Both the position numbers and the translations under genes were made by a program. This document shows positions 18,643 to 29,150 of a stretch of 64,000 bases of DNA, one piece after another. The notes below the pieces were generated by a model. That model searched no databases, was not told where the DNA came from, and saw only the letters and a program-made list of their open reading frames with translations. This DNA comes from a virus (Duplodnaviria > Caudoviricetes): positions 2,099-66,098 of IMG/VR virus record IMGVR_UViG_3300027842_000015. One strand, written 5' to 3'. Each line of letters opens with the position of its first letter. The first letter of the stretch is position 1.

Positions 18643-18951
18643 ATGAACTGGTCACGCGAACGGATCGAGGCAATGGAGCGATATGCGGCAAACGATCGCT
18701 CTGATCCCTTCACCTTGGCACGGTGCAAGCTGCACATGCGCAACAAGATTGTCGGCATGCGCCCTGTAATGCCTAAGGACCAACATATGCCATGGATAAG
18801 CGATAGCGACCCCAGGCGAATGAGCACGCTTCGCCAGAGCGAAGATGCATTCTATGGTGCAACGGCGCATACTGAAATGCGCACGGTCGAGCAGGGTGAT
18901 ATCAAACTTACCTTCCCGGTAACAGTTTATCGGAATATGACAAGGCCATGA
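18643..18951 (+). CDS. Hypothetical early protein
   Basis: RBS AGGAG. Confidence 0.55.
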   Translation: MNWSRERIEAMERYAANDRSDPFTLARCKLHMRNKIVGMRPVMPKDQHMPWISDSDPRRMSTLRQSEDAFYGATAHTEMRTVEQGDIKLTFPVTVYRNMTRP

Positions 18952-19173
18952 CCTTGGCGTGGGTATCGTCTGAGATGAATATTCGCAACGAAACTGAAAA
19001 GGTATGCCTGTCATGACCATTCGACTTGTAGTGGATAACACCGCGCCAAAACTAACAGACGAGGAACTTGAAGACATGCTCTTTGATTTCTATGACGAGC
19101 GCACGGATGGACGGAATGAAGGTATCAGTGATAATGATCGGCGCGCTATGCGTCGCTGGTTTAGAGGTGACAA

Positions 19174-19371
19174 ATGAGTATGTTCCAAAAGCGGCACTAT
19201 GTAGAGGTCGCCAAGGTGCTTAAGAATGTACGACAATCACTACTTGTCACCGTAACCCCAGACACGACTACAGTGTGGAACCAAACTGTAGGGCATTTTA
19301 TAAGCATGTTCCATGCGGATAGTCCTAGGTTTGATGTTCAAAGGTTTCACGATGCATGTATGGAGAACTAG
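19174..19371 (+). CDS. Hypothetical phage protein
   Basis: FQKRHY...DSPRFDVQRFHDAC pattern common in small phage proteins; RBS GAGGT. Confidence 0.6.
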   Translation: MSMFQKRHYVEVAKVLKNVRQSLLVTVTPDTTTVWNQTVGHFISMFHADSPRFDVQRFHDACMEN

Positions 19372-19372
19372 C

Positions 19373-19666
19373 ATGATCTGTGATTGCTCAGTAGCGCCGG
19401 GTGAGGAGTGTGATTGCCCCGACATGGTACCGCTTACCGCGTCGGTAACAACGCCACAATTTGACAGGGTGCGGGCGCTTCATTGGTGCCCGAAATGCAA
19501 GAGCGCAAAAAATCAGGGCTTGCTTGTTTGCTGGTCCTGTAGTAACAGACTGAAGCGGGCTTATGATGGCACCTATGGCCCGCTCGAACGGTTGCTACCT
19601 CAACTTGACGCATATCTGTTCGACCATAATGAAAGCAAGGCGCTATCGTGGTTAGGAGAGGCATGA
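19373..19666 (+). CDS. Small Cys-rich (zinc-finger-like) protein
   Basis: CDC, CPKC and CWSC motifs; RBS GGAG. Confidence 0.5.
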   Translation: MICDCSVAPGEECDCPDMVPLTASVTTPQFDRVRALHWCPKCKSAKNQGLLVCWSCSNRLKRAYDGTYGPLERLLPQLDAYLFDHNESKALSWLGEA

Positions 19667-19878
19667 TGAAACTAGATCAAGAAGATGTGCAAACGATTGG
19701 GTTTCTTGTTTTGGTGGTAGCAATTACTGTAGGAGTATGGGTAGAATTAGGGTTTGGTTGGGGATTGGTTGCTTTTGGTTCCAGCGGCCTAATCGGACGA
19801 AAGCTTATGAATTGAGTAATCTTTGGTTGGTTCTAGCCACTATTATAGTGATAGTGGTCACACTTGGAGGAATGAAGC

Positions 19879-20223
19879 ATGACAAAGCCAGCAAACGACA
19901 ACAAGAAATCCAGTGGATGGACAAAGCCCGATCCGGAACAAGCAGCACAAGATGAGGTAGAAAAGCTTAAAGATGAGGCAGGGGCTGGCACCCTGAATGA
20001 GGAACCACGAACGGTAGATGATAAAGAATTAAAGGCATATAAGCTTGGCCTTTGGTACGGCAAGCGACTAGGCCAGCTATATTCGCTACAGCGTACCGTG
20101 CCGCACATTGAGAAGCAGAATGCACGCCTTGCCAAGGCTGGTCGCAAGGTGGCACACCTAAAGAATGCGCTTCGTGCACAAATTGAAGCTAACGCGCTTT
20201 CTGCGGATGCGCTCGATGACTGA
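19879..20223 (+). CDS. Hypothetical protein
   Basis: RBS GGAGG; operon packing. Confidence 0.55.
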   Translation: MTKPANDNKKSSGWTKPDPEQAAQDEVEKLKDEAGAGTLNEEPRTVDDKELKAYKLGLWYGKRLGQLYSLQRTVPHIEKQNARLAKAGRKVAHLKNALRAQIEANALSADALDD

Positions 20224-20623
20224 TCTGGAAACCAAATTACGCGACATGTCAGATGCGGGATTACTCTCGCATTTGTCGGTATATGCGCAGTGGGGGGCAC
20301 ACAAATCCCCCACTGTGTTCCGCGCCAGCGTCATAACAATCCATGGTCAAGGGCATCACGACAGCACTGATATAATCGAAGCAATCTTGACTGCCGTAGA
20401 GGACGCTCCTAATCAAGCTAAGAGGCATACGCCAGTGGTACAAATACCTTCTGCGGTCCCTAGGGAAAAACCCGGTAGCGATCGATCCCAGGATGGAGTA
20501 CCACTGGCGCCTGCCCCTGTAGTGAGACAACCTGTCAAGCCTGACCGGCATCAAAACGACAGGAAAACTCCGCGGGGGCAGACTAATATCCCGGTGCCCA
20601 ACCTAATGGATCTATTCAAATGA
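20216..20623 (+). CDS. Hypothetical protein
   Basis: Start overlaps upstream stop; Pro-rich tail. Confidence 0.5.
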   Translation: MTDLETKLRDMSDAGLLSHLSVYAQWGAHKSPTVFRASVITIHGQGHHDSTDIIEAILTAVEDAPNQAKRHTPVVQIPSAVPREKPGSDRSQDGVPLAPAPVVRQPVKPDRHQNDRKTPRGQTNIPVPNLMDLFK

Positions 20624-21177
20624 AAGACGACACACAAATAACCCTGGTAGCCTATTTATTTTTCTTTCTAGTCCTTAGCTTCTGGGGTACAGTGCTTTAT
20701 GTGGCATGGCATTTCGTTTCGAAAATGTGGTGATAAACATGAGAGCAACAAAAGACGAATGGAAACGGCAAGCTAATTTCTTGCGAGAAGCTTCAATATC
20801 TAGGAATGATAATGTCCGGCTTTTAGCTATAACACGTGCTCTTGCATTCATGTTCGATGATATTGCAACCGGGGCACCGGAGAAACGAGATGACACGTAA
20901 AGATTGGGAAAGGATTGAGCGCATACTGAAAGCGTGTAAGATCACTACGGACAAAGATACGCCTATTCCGGAATATCCGAGTATGGAATGGATGAGGCGT
21001 AGGATTGCCTTGGAATTCATTTATGCCTTTGCATTATCGGGCGAGGCTGAAACAAAGTTTATGCACGCGGCCGGACTACCAGTAGAACAAGAAAGGACCT
21101 TCAAATGAAACAGATTAACACTGAAGCGGTGGAAACAACGCTACAAATGATGTAGCTAACAAGCTTAGAAAGGGAGA

Positions 21178-21948
21178 ATGGAAATGACAAGCCCCACTAC
21201 ATTGGTACACGATACCAAGAACGACACTCGCTTCGATGATTTGCTTGTTGAAAGTGAAAAGCTTGGCACACTTGCTGGGCAAGGTGAAGATGTACAAGTG
21301 AAGCATCTTCTGCTGGTTACACAAGCAGCCTTTGAGTGTGTGATCGATAACACAAAGAACAAGCATGGCGCCGACCGTGACGATGCCACTATTATCGCTG
21401 AAAAATACTGGCATGCTCGTCACCAAAATGTGATCTTCAATCCTAAGGCTGGCAACCAACGTAAGACAATTTCTTGCTTGCGCCAGTGCATCACAATGGG
21501 CGGATGGTCTAAAGGTGGCCCTAGCGAACCAATGGGCATGCTCAACCGCGCCATGACGATGTACAAAAACTTACGCAAGGTGCCAGGAAATACCAAGCGT
21601 ATGATCGATCCCGCTAATTACGTCATTTCGCTTGCTCGCAAGCTTAAGCGAAGCGACTATGTATTGGATGACTCCACCATGAACGACATGGCGTTCAAGA
21701 AAGACCCTGATATCGCCACAGTATCAGACGTGCTCGACAAAACCAGAGCCACTCTTAAGAAGCTACACGACGGCAAGCACCCTGCTGGGGTATGTAGCAC
21801 GGTGCATGTGGAGAAAGCCATAAAGGCGATAACCGAAGAATTGAAGAGTATTGCTACCGATAAGAAGGCTGCTGAACACGCCGAAGCGGTAGCACTTGCT
21901 GCGGAAACCGTAGGTACAGCGGCCGATAAAGTGGAGGTAGTAGCATGA
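21178..21948 (+). CDS. Hypothetical protein
   Basis: 256-aa ORF with RBS GGGAG. Confidence 0.7.
   Translation: MEMTSPTTLVHDTKNDTRFDDLLVESEKLGTLAGQGEDVQVKHLLLVTQAAFECVIDNTKNKHGADRDDATIIAEKYWHARHQNVIFNPKAGNQRKTISCLRQCITMGGWSKGGPSEPMGMLNRAMTMYKNLRKVPGNTKRMIDPANYVISLARKLKRSDYVLDDSTMNDMAFKKDPDIATVSDVLDKTRATLKKLHDGKHPAGVCSTVHVEKAIKAITEELKSIATDKKAAEHAEAVALAAETVGTAADKVEVVA
21838..21887 (+). repeat. 50-bp perfect direct repeat, copy 1
   Basis: GAATTGAAGAGTATTGCTACCGATAAGAAGGCTGCTGAACACGCCGAAGC, identical at 22584-22633. Confidence 0.95.
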
Positions 21949-22136
21949 GTTACACACGATATGTAAGCATAGTTCGCGGAAAATATGTTATTGCACACGC
22001 GAACCTAGTAATTTTCGAAGACCCTAACGAGTATGAAATAAAGGATTTTTTGGAGGAAATACGTGACATATTTGAAAATGCTAAGGCTGGCGATGCCGCG
22101 CCAGTGAGCGTTCCATCCGGCGCAGACAATGCATAA
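21945..22136 (+). CDS. Small hypothetical protein
   Basis: ATGA overlap, RBS GGAGGT. Confidence 0.5.
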   Translation: MSYTRYVSIVRGKYVIAHANLVIFEDPNEYEIKDFLEEIRDIFENAKAGDAAPVSVPSGADNA

Positions 22137-22216
22137 CCGTATGGGTTAAGCGCTCGCCGGGGGCAGGGGCTTACCTCCCGTTCACCCTGTCCCCGGTTCT
22201 TACCGTAGAGGTAACA

Positions 22217-22609
22217 ATGGCTCAATCGCGTAAGACACAAGTGATTTTGATGGGGCTATCGAAAGAGCTACGCCTTATTGCGCGTTCACGGTCATATAGG
22301 GTACAGATAAAAGCGAAGGCTACTATTTATCAAGTACGATATGGTGGTATTCCTAGGGATACTATGGTATGGCATGATGTGCAAATAATCCCTCGCACTC
22401 GTAAACGGGAAGATATACCTTTTGAGGTAACTACTGCTGAGGCTGCATTTAGACGCCGTGAACAGGAGCTAACTAGTTGGGTTATTGGTGACCGAACTAA
22501 AGAGGTTATTAATAAGGTAATCACGAGGGTGGTCATTTCTGGAGCATATAATGGGTCTCAAGTTTGGGCCGCTATATGTTCCGGAATTGAAGAGTATTGC
22601 TACCGATAA
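22217..22609 (+). CDS. Hypothetical protein
   Basis: RBS GAGGT overlapped by a TTACC-N5-GGTAA site. Confidence 0.6.
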   Translation: MAQSRKTQVILMGLSKELRLIARSRSYRVQIKAKATIYQVRYGGIPRDTMVWHDVQIIPRTRKREDIPFEVTTAEAAFRRREQELTSWVIGDRTKEVINKVITRVVISGAYNGSQVWAAICSGIEEYCYR

Positions 22610-22633
22610 GAAGGCTGCTGAACACGCCGAAGC
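22584..22633 (+). repeat. 50-bp perfect direct repeat, copy 2
   Basis: Identical to 21838-21887. Confidence 0.95.
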
Positions 22634-22796
22634 AGTAGACATTTGGCTTTTAGGTTTGAGAGAACGGTTCATGGTCGAAATGGTGGAAAGCCAAATTTTC
22701 AGAAAACCTGGAAGCACATGATTCAAAAGGCTCTAAATGTAAGCCCATACATTTGGAGCAATATTGAACGGGATGGGCTTATAAATGAGGTGATAT

Positions 22797-23978
22797 ATGG
22801 CACTAAATCTGGTACAGGCAAAACGCGCAATGCTTCTCAACACTCAAGCTGGGAACGCTACGCTTCTGCGCAGCCCTTCGGGCTTTGGCAAAAGCACTAT
22901 GCAAATGCAAGCTTTCTCGGAACTGCGCTCCAAGAACGCCAAGAACGGCAGAACTACAGGCTTAGGCGTCTTGTTTCTTGCTACACAGACACCCAGCGAT
23001 TTGATTGGATTACCGTGGAAGGGAGAAAAGAAATTCCATTTGCCGGCTATTGATCCATCGACTGGGCAAAGTGAAGTTACCATCACGGTAACGGACCCGT
23101 CATATCCGATGTGGATGCTTGACGTATTCACAGGTAAGCCTGCTACGTTGTTCGACCAGTTTGTGCTAATCATAGAGGAGTATGGCCAAGGTGAACCAGA
23201 CACAAAAAGAGCCGCTGCAGAAATTTTTCTCAACGGAGGCACTCCTCCGTTCTATCTACCTAAAGGGAGTGCAAGATGGGCGAGCACAAATACAGGTGCC
23301 CGCTATGGAGTTACTAAAGACTTTCTATTCGCTATCGCCAGACGAACAATCATCGATATTGCACAAGATATTGATGTCCTCGTTGATCACTGGGACAAAC
23401 CATATACGTTCCAAGGGCGCAACTGGCAAATGTCGGCAGTCTGGAAAGCCTGGGCGAAAACCGCAGGGTCGAGTGTCATCTTCGAAGCAGAACCAAAAGA
23501 AGATGGTCCATGGTGTAATCCGCGCACTATGAGCGCTGCTGATCGGGTATACCAATGCCTGATCGAGGACAATGACGGGAAAGATGTAGACCCGGCTGAC
23601 CCGCTATTGCTTGAACTGTTTAGTGGTACAATCGGTATGCCCGCTACACAATCATGCATCCAGCACCTGACATTTAGGTCACAGCTACCGTCTTATGACG
23701 ACGTGGTGACGGAACCGACTAAGACGCCTATCCCTGCCAAAGGCGACCTTCAAATGCTTATGGCATATGAACTTGCCAACCAGACTAGGGCTGATCATTT
23801 AGCGCCTGTGCTCACTTATATGCAGCGTAAGGAAATGCCGACTGATATGAGCCTCACGTTCATATCGGCATTGCTTCGACGTGACTACAAGTCTATGATC
23901 AATCAACCGGCGATGCAGGCATGGATAAACAAGAACGGTGCAACGGTGGCACTTGTGGCCTCTTTAAGCCAGAACTAG
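22797..23978 (+). CDS. MoxR-like AAA+ ATPase
   Basis: Walker A SPSGFGKS, Walker B LIIEE, CNPRT; upstream of a vWA partner. Confidence 0.8.
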   Translation: MALNLVQAKRAMLLNTQAGNATLLRSPSGFGKSTMQMQAFSELRSKNAKNGRTTGLGVLFLATQTPSDLIGLPWKGEKKFHLPAIDPSTGQSEVTITVTDPSYPMWMLDVFTGKPATLFDQFVLIIEEYGQGEPDTKRAAAEIFLNGGTPPFYLPKGSARWASTNTGARYGVTKDFLFAIARRTIIDIAQDIDVLVDHWDKPYTFQGRNWQMSAVWKAWAKTAGSSVIFEAEPKEDGPWCNPRTMSAADRVYQCLIEDNDGKDVDPADPLLLELFSGTIGMPATQSCIQHLTFRSQLPSYDDVVTEPTKTPIPAKGDLQMLMAYELANQTRADHLAPVLTYMQRKEMPTDMSLTFISALLRRDYKSMINQPAMQAWINKNGATVALVASLSQN

Positions 23979-24154
23979 GAAGCGGTCTACGTAGAAGACG
24001 CTATATACTTAAGAGGCAGTGTATAGCTGCCAGGGATAAGGCAATCATGGCCGGCAAAGCTACATCGTTAGATATTGCCGGCCTTAACAACTTGATAGAG
24101 TGGAAAATATATCGCTGGGCAGAACACCGCGATAAGGCAAAGGAAGGAACGGAA

Positions 24155-24436
24155 ATGCAAGACCAGATCACAATCGAATGCAGAATGGATTTCAAGGACA
24201 AGGACAAAATCCCTGAGGTCATCAAGCTGGCATGTTCCATGGCAAGGACACTTGCTGCGAACATTCAACTGTTGGACCCTGTGTGCAAACCCGAATGCGT
24301 GGTGTATACGGATAACTTCATGTCGCCCCCTGAAAAGATCAATATTTATCAGGACCTGATCGGCAAAGGCGACCAAGAGTTACAAGAGAGCGCAGGGATT
24401 AGCTCTGAACTGCTTGCGGCAGCAATGGAGAAATAA
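24155..24436 (+). CDS. Hypothetical protein
   Basis: RBS AGGAAGG; start uncertain. Confidence 0.5.
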   Translation: MQDQITIECRMDFKDKDKIPEVIKLACSMARTLAANIQLLDPVCKPECVVYTDNFMSPPEKINIYQDLIGKGDQELQESAGISSELLAAAMEK

Positions 24437-24643
24437 ATGATGCTTCGTGTGGCTTGGCAATGGACAGGTAAGGATTGGTTTCATAGGGGCACTGTTACAG
24501 GATATACAGAAGGTGAGGGCGGTACAAGGGTTATTGTGTTACGTGATCCACATCCGCCTAACTATCCAAGGCGCAATCTTGTTGCTTTATCTTTGGAAGA
24601 AGCAGTTCCGCAAGGTTGGAGAAGGGAGTATAAAATCACATGA
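24437..24643 (+). CDS. Small hypothetical protein
   Basis: Operon packing; RBS GGAG. Confidence 0.45.
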   Translation: MMLRVAWQWTGKDWFHRGTVTGYTEGEGGTRVIVLRDPHPPNYPRRNLVALSLEEAVPQGWRREYKIT

Positions 24644-25971
24644 ACAACTTGAAAAAGGTCAAACTCACGCCTGAACAAAAGCAGATGTGGACAGATACCA
24701 TGTCGCTTATGGCCTGGACCGCTCCAGGCTTTAGGCATTTGTTCTACAAGCTTCTGAATAACAATGATGGGGATTATACCGCCTTGATGGCGGAATTCGG
24801 TAACCCCTACACTGGCGATAAAGGTATCGCCTGTACAGATGGGCAGAATATTATCGTCAACCCTGAAACGTTCTTTCCTCAGAGTGGCAAAGGCGGATAT
24901 TCGCTCAAAGAGCGCGTGTTTATCATGGCACATGAGGTAGCGCACAACGTCTATGACGACGTGGGGCTTATCCATAGGATGAAAAATGAAACCAATCTCA
25001 AATGCACGGATGGCACGATATTCCCCTATGATGAAGGGACCATGCAGAAAGCGATGGACTACCGGATCAATGCCATGCTCGTGGAAAGTCGCATTGGGCA
25101 TATGCCGAAAGATGCGTTATATGATCCTGAAATCGCCAAAGGGAAAGATGGTGTCTTTGATATCTATGGCAAGGTCTATAAACAAGACCAGAATGGTGGC
25201 CCGAAAAACCCTGGTAGTCAGCCTGGACATGGCAATTCGCAAGGGCAGAATGGGTTTGATCCCGGTGGAGTACAGCCTCCTGGCACATCTACTGGTCAAC
25301 AGCCTTCCCAAGCGGCCAATCAAAGAAACCCGCAGCAGTGGGCGGTAGAGTTATCTATCGCTAAAGCAATTGAGAGCAAACGGACGCAAGGGAAAATACC
25401 GGGTGCGTTGGGTCATATGTTCGATGAAATACTTGACCCGAAGGTACCTTGGCATGACCACATCACAACGATGGCCAAACGTATTTTGGGAAGCGGTTCG
25501 CTCAACTGGAAAAAGCCGGATAGGCGGTTTATTGGTCGCGACCTATGGGTACCATCCAGGAGTGGGGAAGGCGCGGGATGGCTTGTAATATGGGGAGACA
25601 CGTCTGGCTCTATAGGTGACAGAGAGCTAAACCAATACCTGGGCGAACTGAAAGGTATGATCGATGAGTGTAAACCTAGCCGTCTTAGTGTTGTCTGGTG
25701 TGATGCTGCTATTCACCGGATCGATGACATTACTGATGTGGCTGATCTGGATACAATTAAAGCAACTGGCGTCGGTGGCCGTGGAGGAACTGATATTACG
25801 CCAGTATTTGATTGGATTGCAGAACAACGGCAACACCCGGATATGTTCATAGGTCTCACTGACGGGTGCTTCACATGGCCTGAACAACCTGCATTTCCTA
25901 TCGTGTGGGGTGCTGTCAACAGTAATCCTGAAGATTTTCCCTATGGGGAGGTAGCGGTGGTAAACACATGA
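24640..25971 (+). CDS. DUF2201-like metallopeptidase + vWA-like protein
   Basis: ACTDG, HEVAH, DYRINAML; MIDAS-like DTSGS, GGRGGTD, LTDG. Confidence 0.85.
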   Translation: MNNLKKVKLTPEQKQMWTDTMSLMAWTAPGFRHLFYKLLNNNDGDYTALMAEFGNPYTGDKGIACTDGQNIIVNPETFFPQSGKGGYSLKERVFIMAHEVAHNVYDDVGLIHRMKNETNLKCTDGTIFPYDEGTMQKAMDYRINAMLVESRIGHMPKDALYDPEIAKGKDGVFDIYGKVYKQDQNGGPKNPGSQPGHGNSQGQNGFDPGGVQPPGTSTGQQPSQAANQRNPQQWAVELSIAKAIESKRTQGKIPGALGHMFDEILDPKVPWHDHITTMAKRILGSGSLNWKKPDRRFIGRDLWVPSRSGEGAGWLVIWGDTSGSIGDRELNQYLGELKGMIDECKPSRLSVVWCDAAIHRIDDITDVADLDTIKATGVGGRGGTDITPVFDWIAEQRQHPDMFIGLTDGCFTWPEQPAFPIVWGAVNSNPEDFPYGEVAVVNT

Positions 25972-26007
25972 TGGTAATGCTTAGTGTGTTTACCGTGGAG
26001 GTAACAG

Positions 26008-26190
26008 ATGGATGTAACAGGTGCGCTTCTGTCCCTTGAAGAAATGGGACTGATACTTTATGATGAAGACGAGAACACTTTTACTCCTACGGAAGAAGGA
26101 AAAAAGCTAATAGATGGGAAAGAACGATGGTTCATTGCGTTTGAAAAGTTCAATCCTGGACATGTTTTCTGGGAAACTAGGAGCAACTAA
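26008..26190 (+). CDS. Small winged-helix-like hypothetical protein
   Basis: LEEMGLI...FTPTEEGKK wHTH-like tail; RBS GGAGGT overlapped by the palindrome. Confidence 0.5.
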   Translation: MDVTGALLSLEEMGLILYDEDENTFTPTEEGKKLIDGKERWFIAFEKFNPGHVFWETRSN

Positions 26191-26894
26191 TGCGAAAAAA
26201 GCATCCCATTAAAGAAAAGACTGCATTTACGCGCACGGCCACGACAATGGTGGAGCACAATATTTTGCTAGCACGTAGCAAATACATGCATAGTATGATT
26301 GACCCGTGGGATAAGAATATGGATTGGATATTACGTAGATTATTTCCTGGGCATATACTAGAATATCTAAGAATTGGGTATGAACATACGAGCGACTACG
26401 CTAGATCGCATAACTTTTGTTCATGGAATATTTTATCTGATGTTACCTTGCAAGTAAAAGCTGACTTTTGGCATAAACAAAAAATGCTCCCTCCTAGGGA
26501 GGAATATAAATCTGATCCTAAGATAGCTGTGCCCGAACTTGTAGCATATTGCATGAGTGTTCGCGAAATACTTTTTAATTACGCAAAAGTTTCTCATGTA
26601 TTTGAGTGGTTTAATAATTGTGGTTCGAGTGCTGTTGCTATGCGCAGTTATTGCCCGTGGATACAAACTGTTCTCCCTAGTGAGTATCACCATTGTATGG
26701 AGGGCACGAAGTTCCGTGAGCCTGGGGGGCTTGCTTCTATGCTTAACCTAATAAAAGAGGTATCAGGCATCATGGGGAGAGCAAACCTAATACAGAATGA
26801 TATTCCTAACAAAAACAAGCAAGAATTAACTTTATATTTCAACCCCACAACAATAAACACGATACATGTTCCTAGTTATGTAATGGAGTGTTAG
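26190..26894 (+). CDS. Hypothetical protein
   Basis: 234-aa AT-rich ORF; TAATG overlap. Confidence 0.6.
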   Translation: MRKKHPIKEKTAFTRTATTMVEHNILLARSKYMHSMIDPWDKNMDWILRRLFPGHILEYLRIGYEHTSDYARSHNFCSWNILSDVTLQVKADFWHKQKMLPPREEYKSDPKIAVPELVAYCMSVREILFNYAKVSHVFEWFNNCGSSAVAMRSYCPWIQTVLPSEYHHCMEGTKFREPGGLASMLNLIKEVSGIMGRANLIQNDIPNKNKQELTLYFNPTTINTIHVPSYVMEC

Positions 26895-27044
26895 AATGAG
26901 ATGGTACCAATGCCGTAGTTACCTTCTTGTTGTTCGAACGCTATATGCAACACAAAGCTGGGCGCATTCTGATTATGGAACGGAATATCTTAAAGAACAC
27001 ATGTGGCCATGGTTAGTTTGGATGCGTGACGATAGAAGGATTGT

Positions 27045-29006
27045 TTGGTGCTAGATATAAAAGATTTCTTATTTCTTGATTTCGAGACCTATTACTCGCA
27101 GACATTTTCTTTGCGTAAAATGACTATACCTGAATATATTTTGGACCCTCAGTTCGAAGTGAATATATGCGCGAGCGCAGTGAATAGCGCTCCGTCTGTA
27201 ATCATAGACGGACCTGACTTTGGTACATGGATATCTCAGTTTGACCCCCAAACTACCGCGACGGTAACATTCAACGCGCTTTTCGATAATAGCATTTTAG
27301 CTTGGCAGTACGGATGGGTGCCTGCGCTCATGCTCGATAGCATGAATATGGCGCGGGCATTGCGCGGGCATATTCTCCCCAGACTTGATCTAGCCAGCGT
27401 GTGCTCTGGTGTACTCGGCGTAGTACACGATAAGAGCGTAATTTCCAAAGTTATAAATATGCGCCGGGCAGATATCCTTAAAACCTATTTGTGGAAAGAT
27501 TACTGCGACTATGCCAATGCTGACAACGAGCGTTCTAGGGATATATTCAAGAAGCTGCTTCCGGAGCTTCCCCACTCCGAACGCAAGCTTATGGACCTTG
27601 TAATCCGCGCGGCGGTTCAACCAAAATTTATGCTAGATAAGACGTTATTATGGAACCATCTTTGCGCAGTGCGCGCGCAGAAAGTGAAATTGCTCGAAGC
27701 ATGTGGTGCCAAGTTTATATTTAGAGAACCTACATCAGAAGAAATAAGACATGAGGTGAAGCGCATAGGTCTCATGTCCAATGTTGGTTTCAAAACCGCA
27801 TTGGAGAATTTTGGTGTAGAGGTGGCAATGAAGCCCGGTGCCAACGGGCTAATACCTGCTTTTGCTAAAACTGACCAGTTCATGAAAGACCTTCAGGAAC
27901 ATTGGGACCCTAGGGTACAAGCGCTCGCATGTGCGCGCTTGGGGATAAAAAGCACACTCGAAGAAACCCGCACGGAGCGATTGATAAAAATCGCTTCTCT
28001 TTCGTGGGACCGTTACCGCGACGGTAATCCGCGATTATATTCGGGCGGCGAAATGCCTGTGCCGTTACGCTATTCGGGTGCCCACACGCACAGGCTAAGT
28101 GGCGACTGGAAGCTAAATATGCAGAACATGCCGCGCGGTATGCCCGGCAAGCCTCCTATGTTGCGTAAGTCTCTTATCGCGCCACCTGGGCACGTGGTAA
28201 TCGCAGGTGACCTTGCACAAATTGAAGCTAGGTTGGTGGCATGGTTGGCCGGTGCCATAGATTTGATTGCTGAGTTCGCCAAGGTTGGAGGTGACCCATA
28301 TAGCGCATTCGCATCCATGATTTTTGGTATACTGGTCGATAAAAAATTGCACCCTATTCACAGGTTCATAGGTAAGACTGGTGTACTTGGTCTAGGTTAT
28401 CAATGTGGAGATGAAAAATTCTATAACATGGTGTTGATGCTAGCTCGCATTTTGGGTATTGACCTTTCAACCGTAGTGGCGTGGACGCCAAAATTAGCAC
28501 ATCGTACAGTACGTACCTATCGTGATCGTTATTGGCAAATTCCAAATTTGTGGAACCGGTTACAATCCGCCACGCGTTCAGTATGGTCAAATCCTGCGGC
28601 GTCTAATATCAGGATCAACATAGGACCTGTTACGATTACCTATGCCGAGATAGAGGGGCCGAATGGTCTTTCTATGAAATATAAAAATCCTCGCCTTGAT
28701 AATGGGGAGTATATTTACAATTATGGATGGGGCACATATAAGATGTACGGTGGTAAGATGTTGGAGAATATTATCCAATTCCTTGCATATATCATCATTA
28801 TGAATGCTGCGTTGAGACTTAACGATCTTGGATACCGTTTCGTGCTTCAAGCGCACGACGAACTAGTGTTCATTGCTCCGATAGATGATGAAGCCAATGC
28901 GAAGGCTATCATATATAGGGAGTTGACAAGGCGCCCGTCTTGGGGCAAAGATATCCCATTGGAAGCTGAGGTAAAATCTGGACCTACCTACGGAGATTGT
29001 AAGTGA
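27045..29006 (+). CDS. polA: Family A DNA polymerase with 3'-5' exonuclease
   Basis: LDFETY exo I, FNALFD exo II, GDLAQIEAR motif A, RFIGKTGVLGLGY motif B, QAHDE motif C. Confidence 0.95.
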   Translation: MVLDIKDFLFLDFETYYSQTFSLRKMTIPEYILDPQFEVNICASAVNSAPSVIIDGPDFGTWISQFDPQTTATVTFNALFDNSILAWQYGWVPALMLDSMNMARALRGHILPRLDLASVCSGVLGVVHDKSVISKVINMRRADILKTYLWKDYCDYANADNERSRDIFKKLLPELPHSERKLMDLVIRAAVQPKFMLDKTLLWNHLCAVRAQKVKLLEACGAKFIFREPTSEEIRHEVKRIGLMSNVGFKTALENFGVEVAMKPGANGLIPAFAKTDQFMKDLQEHWDPRVQALACARLGIKSTLEETRTERLIKIASLSWDRYRDGNPRLYSGGEMPVPLRYSGAHTHRLSGDWKLNMQNMPRGMPGKPPMLRKSLIAPPGHVVIAGDLAQIEARLVAWLAGAIDLIAEFAKVGGDPYSAFASMIFGILVDKKLHPIHRFIGKTGVLGLGYQCGDEKFYNMVLMLARILGIDLSTVVAWTPKLAHRTVRTYRDRYWQIPNLWNRLQSATRSVWSNPAASNIRINIGPVTITYAEIEGPNGLSMKYKNPRLDNGEYIYNYGWGTYKMYGGKMLENIIQFLAYIIIMNAALRLNDLGYRFVLQAHDELVFIAPIDDEANAKAIIYRELTRRPSWGKDIPLEAEVKSGPTYGDCK

Positions 29007-29150
29007 ATAATCCTGGACAGGCGTTTGTTATTATGCTTTGTGTACTTGAAGCAGGTGCCACTATGTGGTACGCATGGGATGGGGATTGGAGACGAGCTAT
29101 CTATTGGGCTGCTGCAACTGTTATCTCTATCGTAGTGACATGGTGACAAT

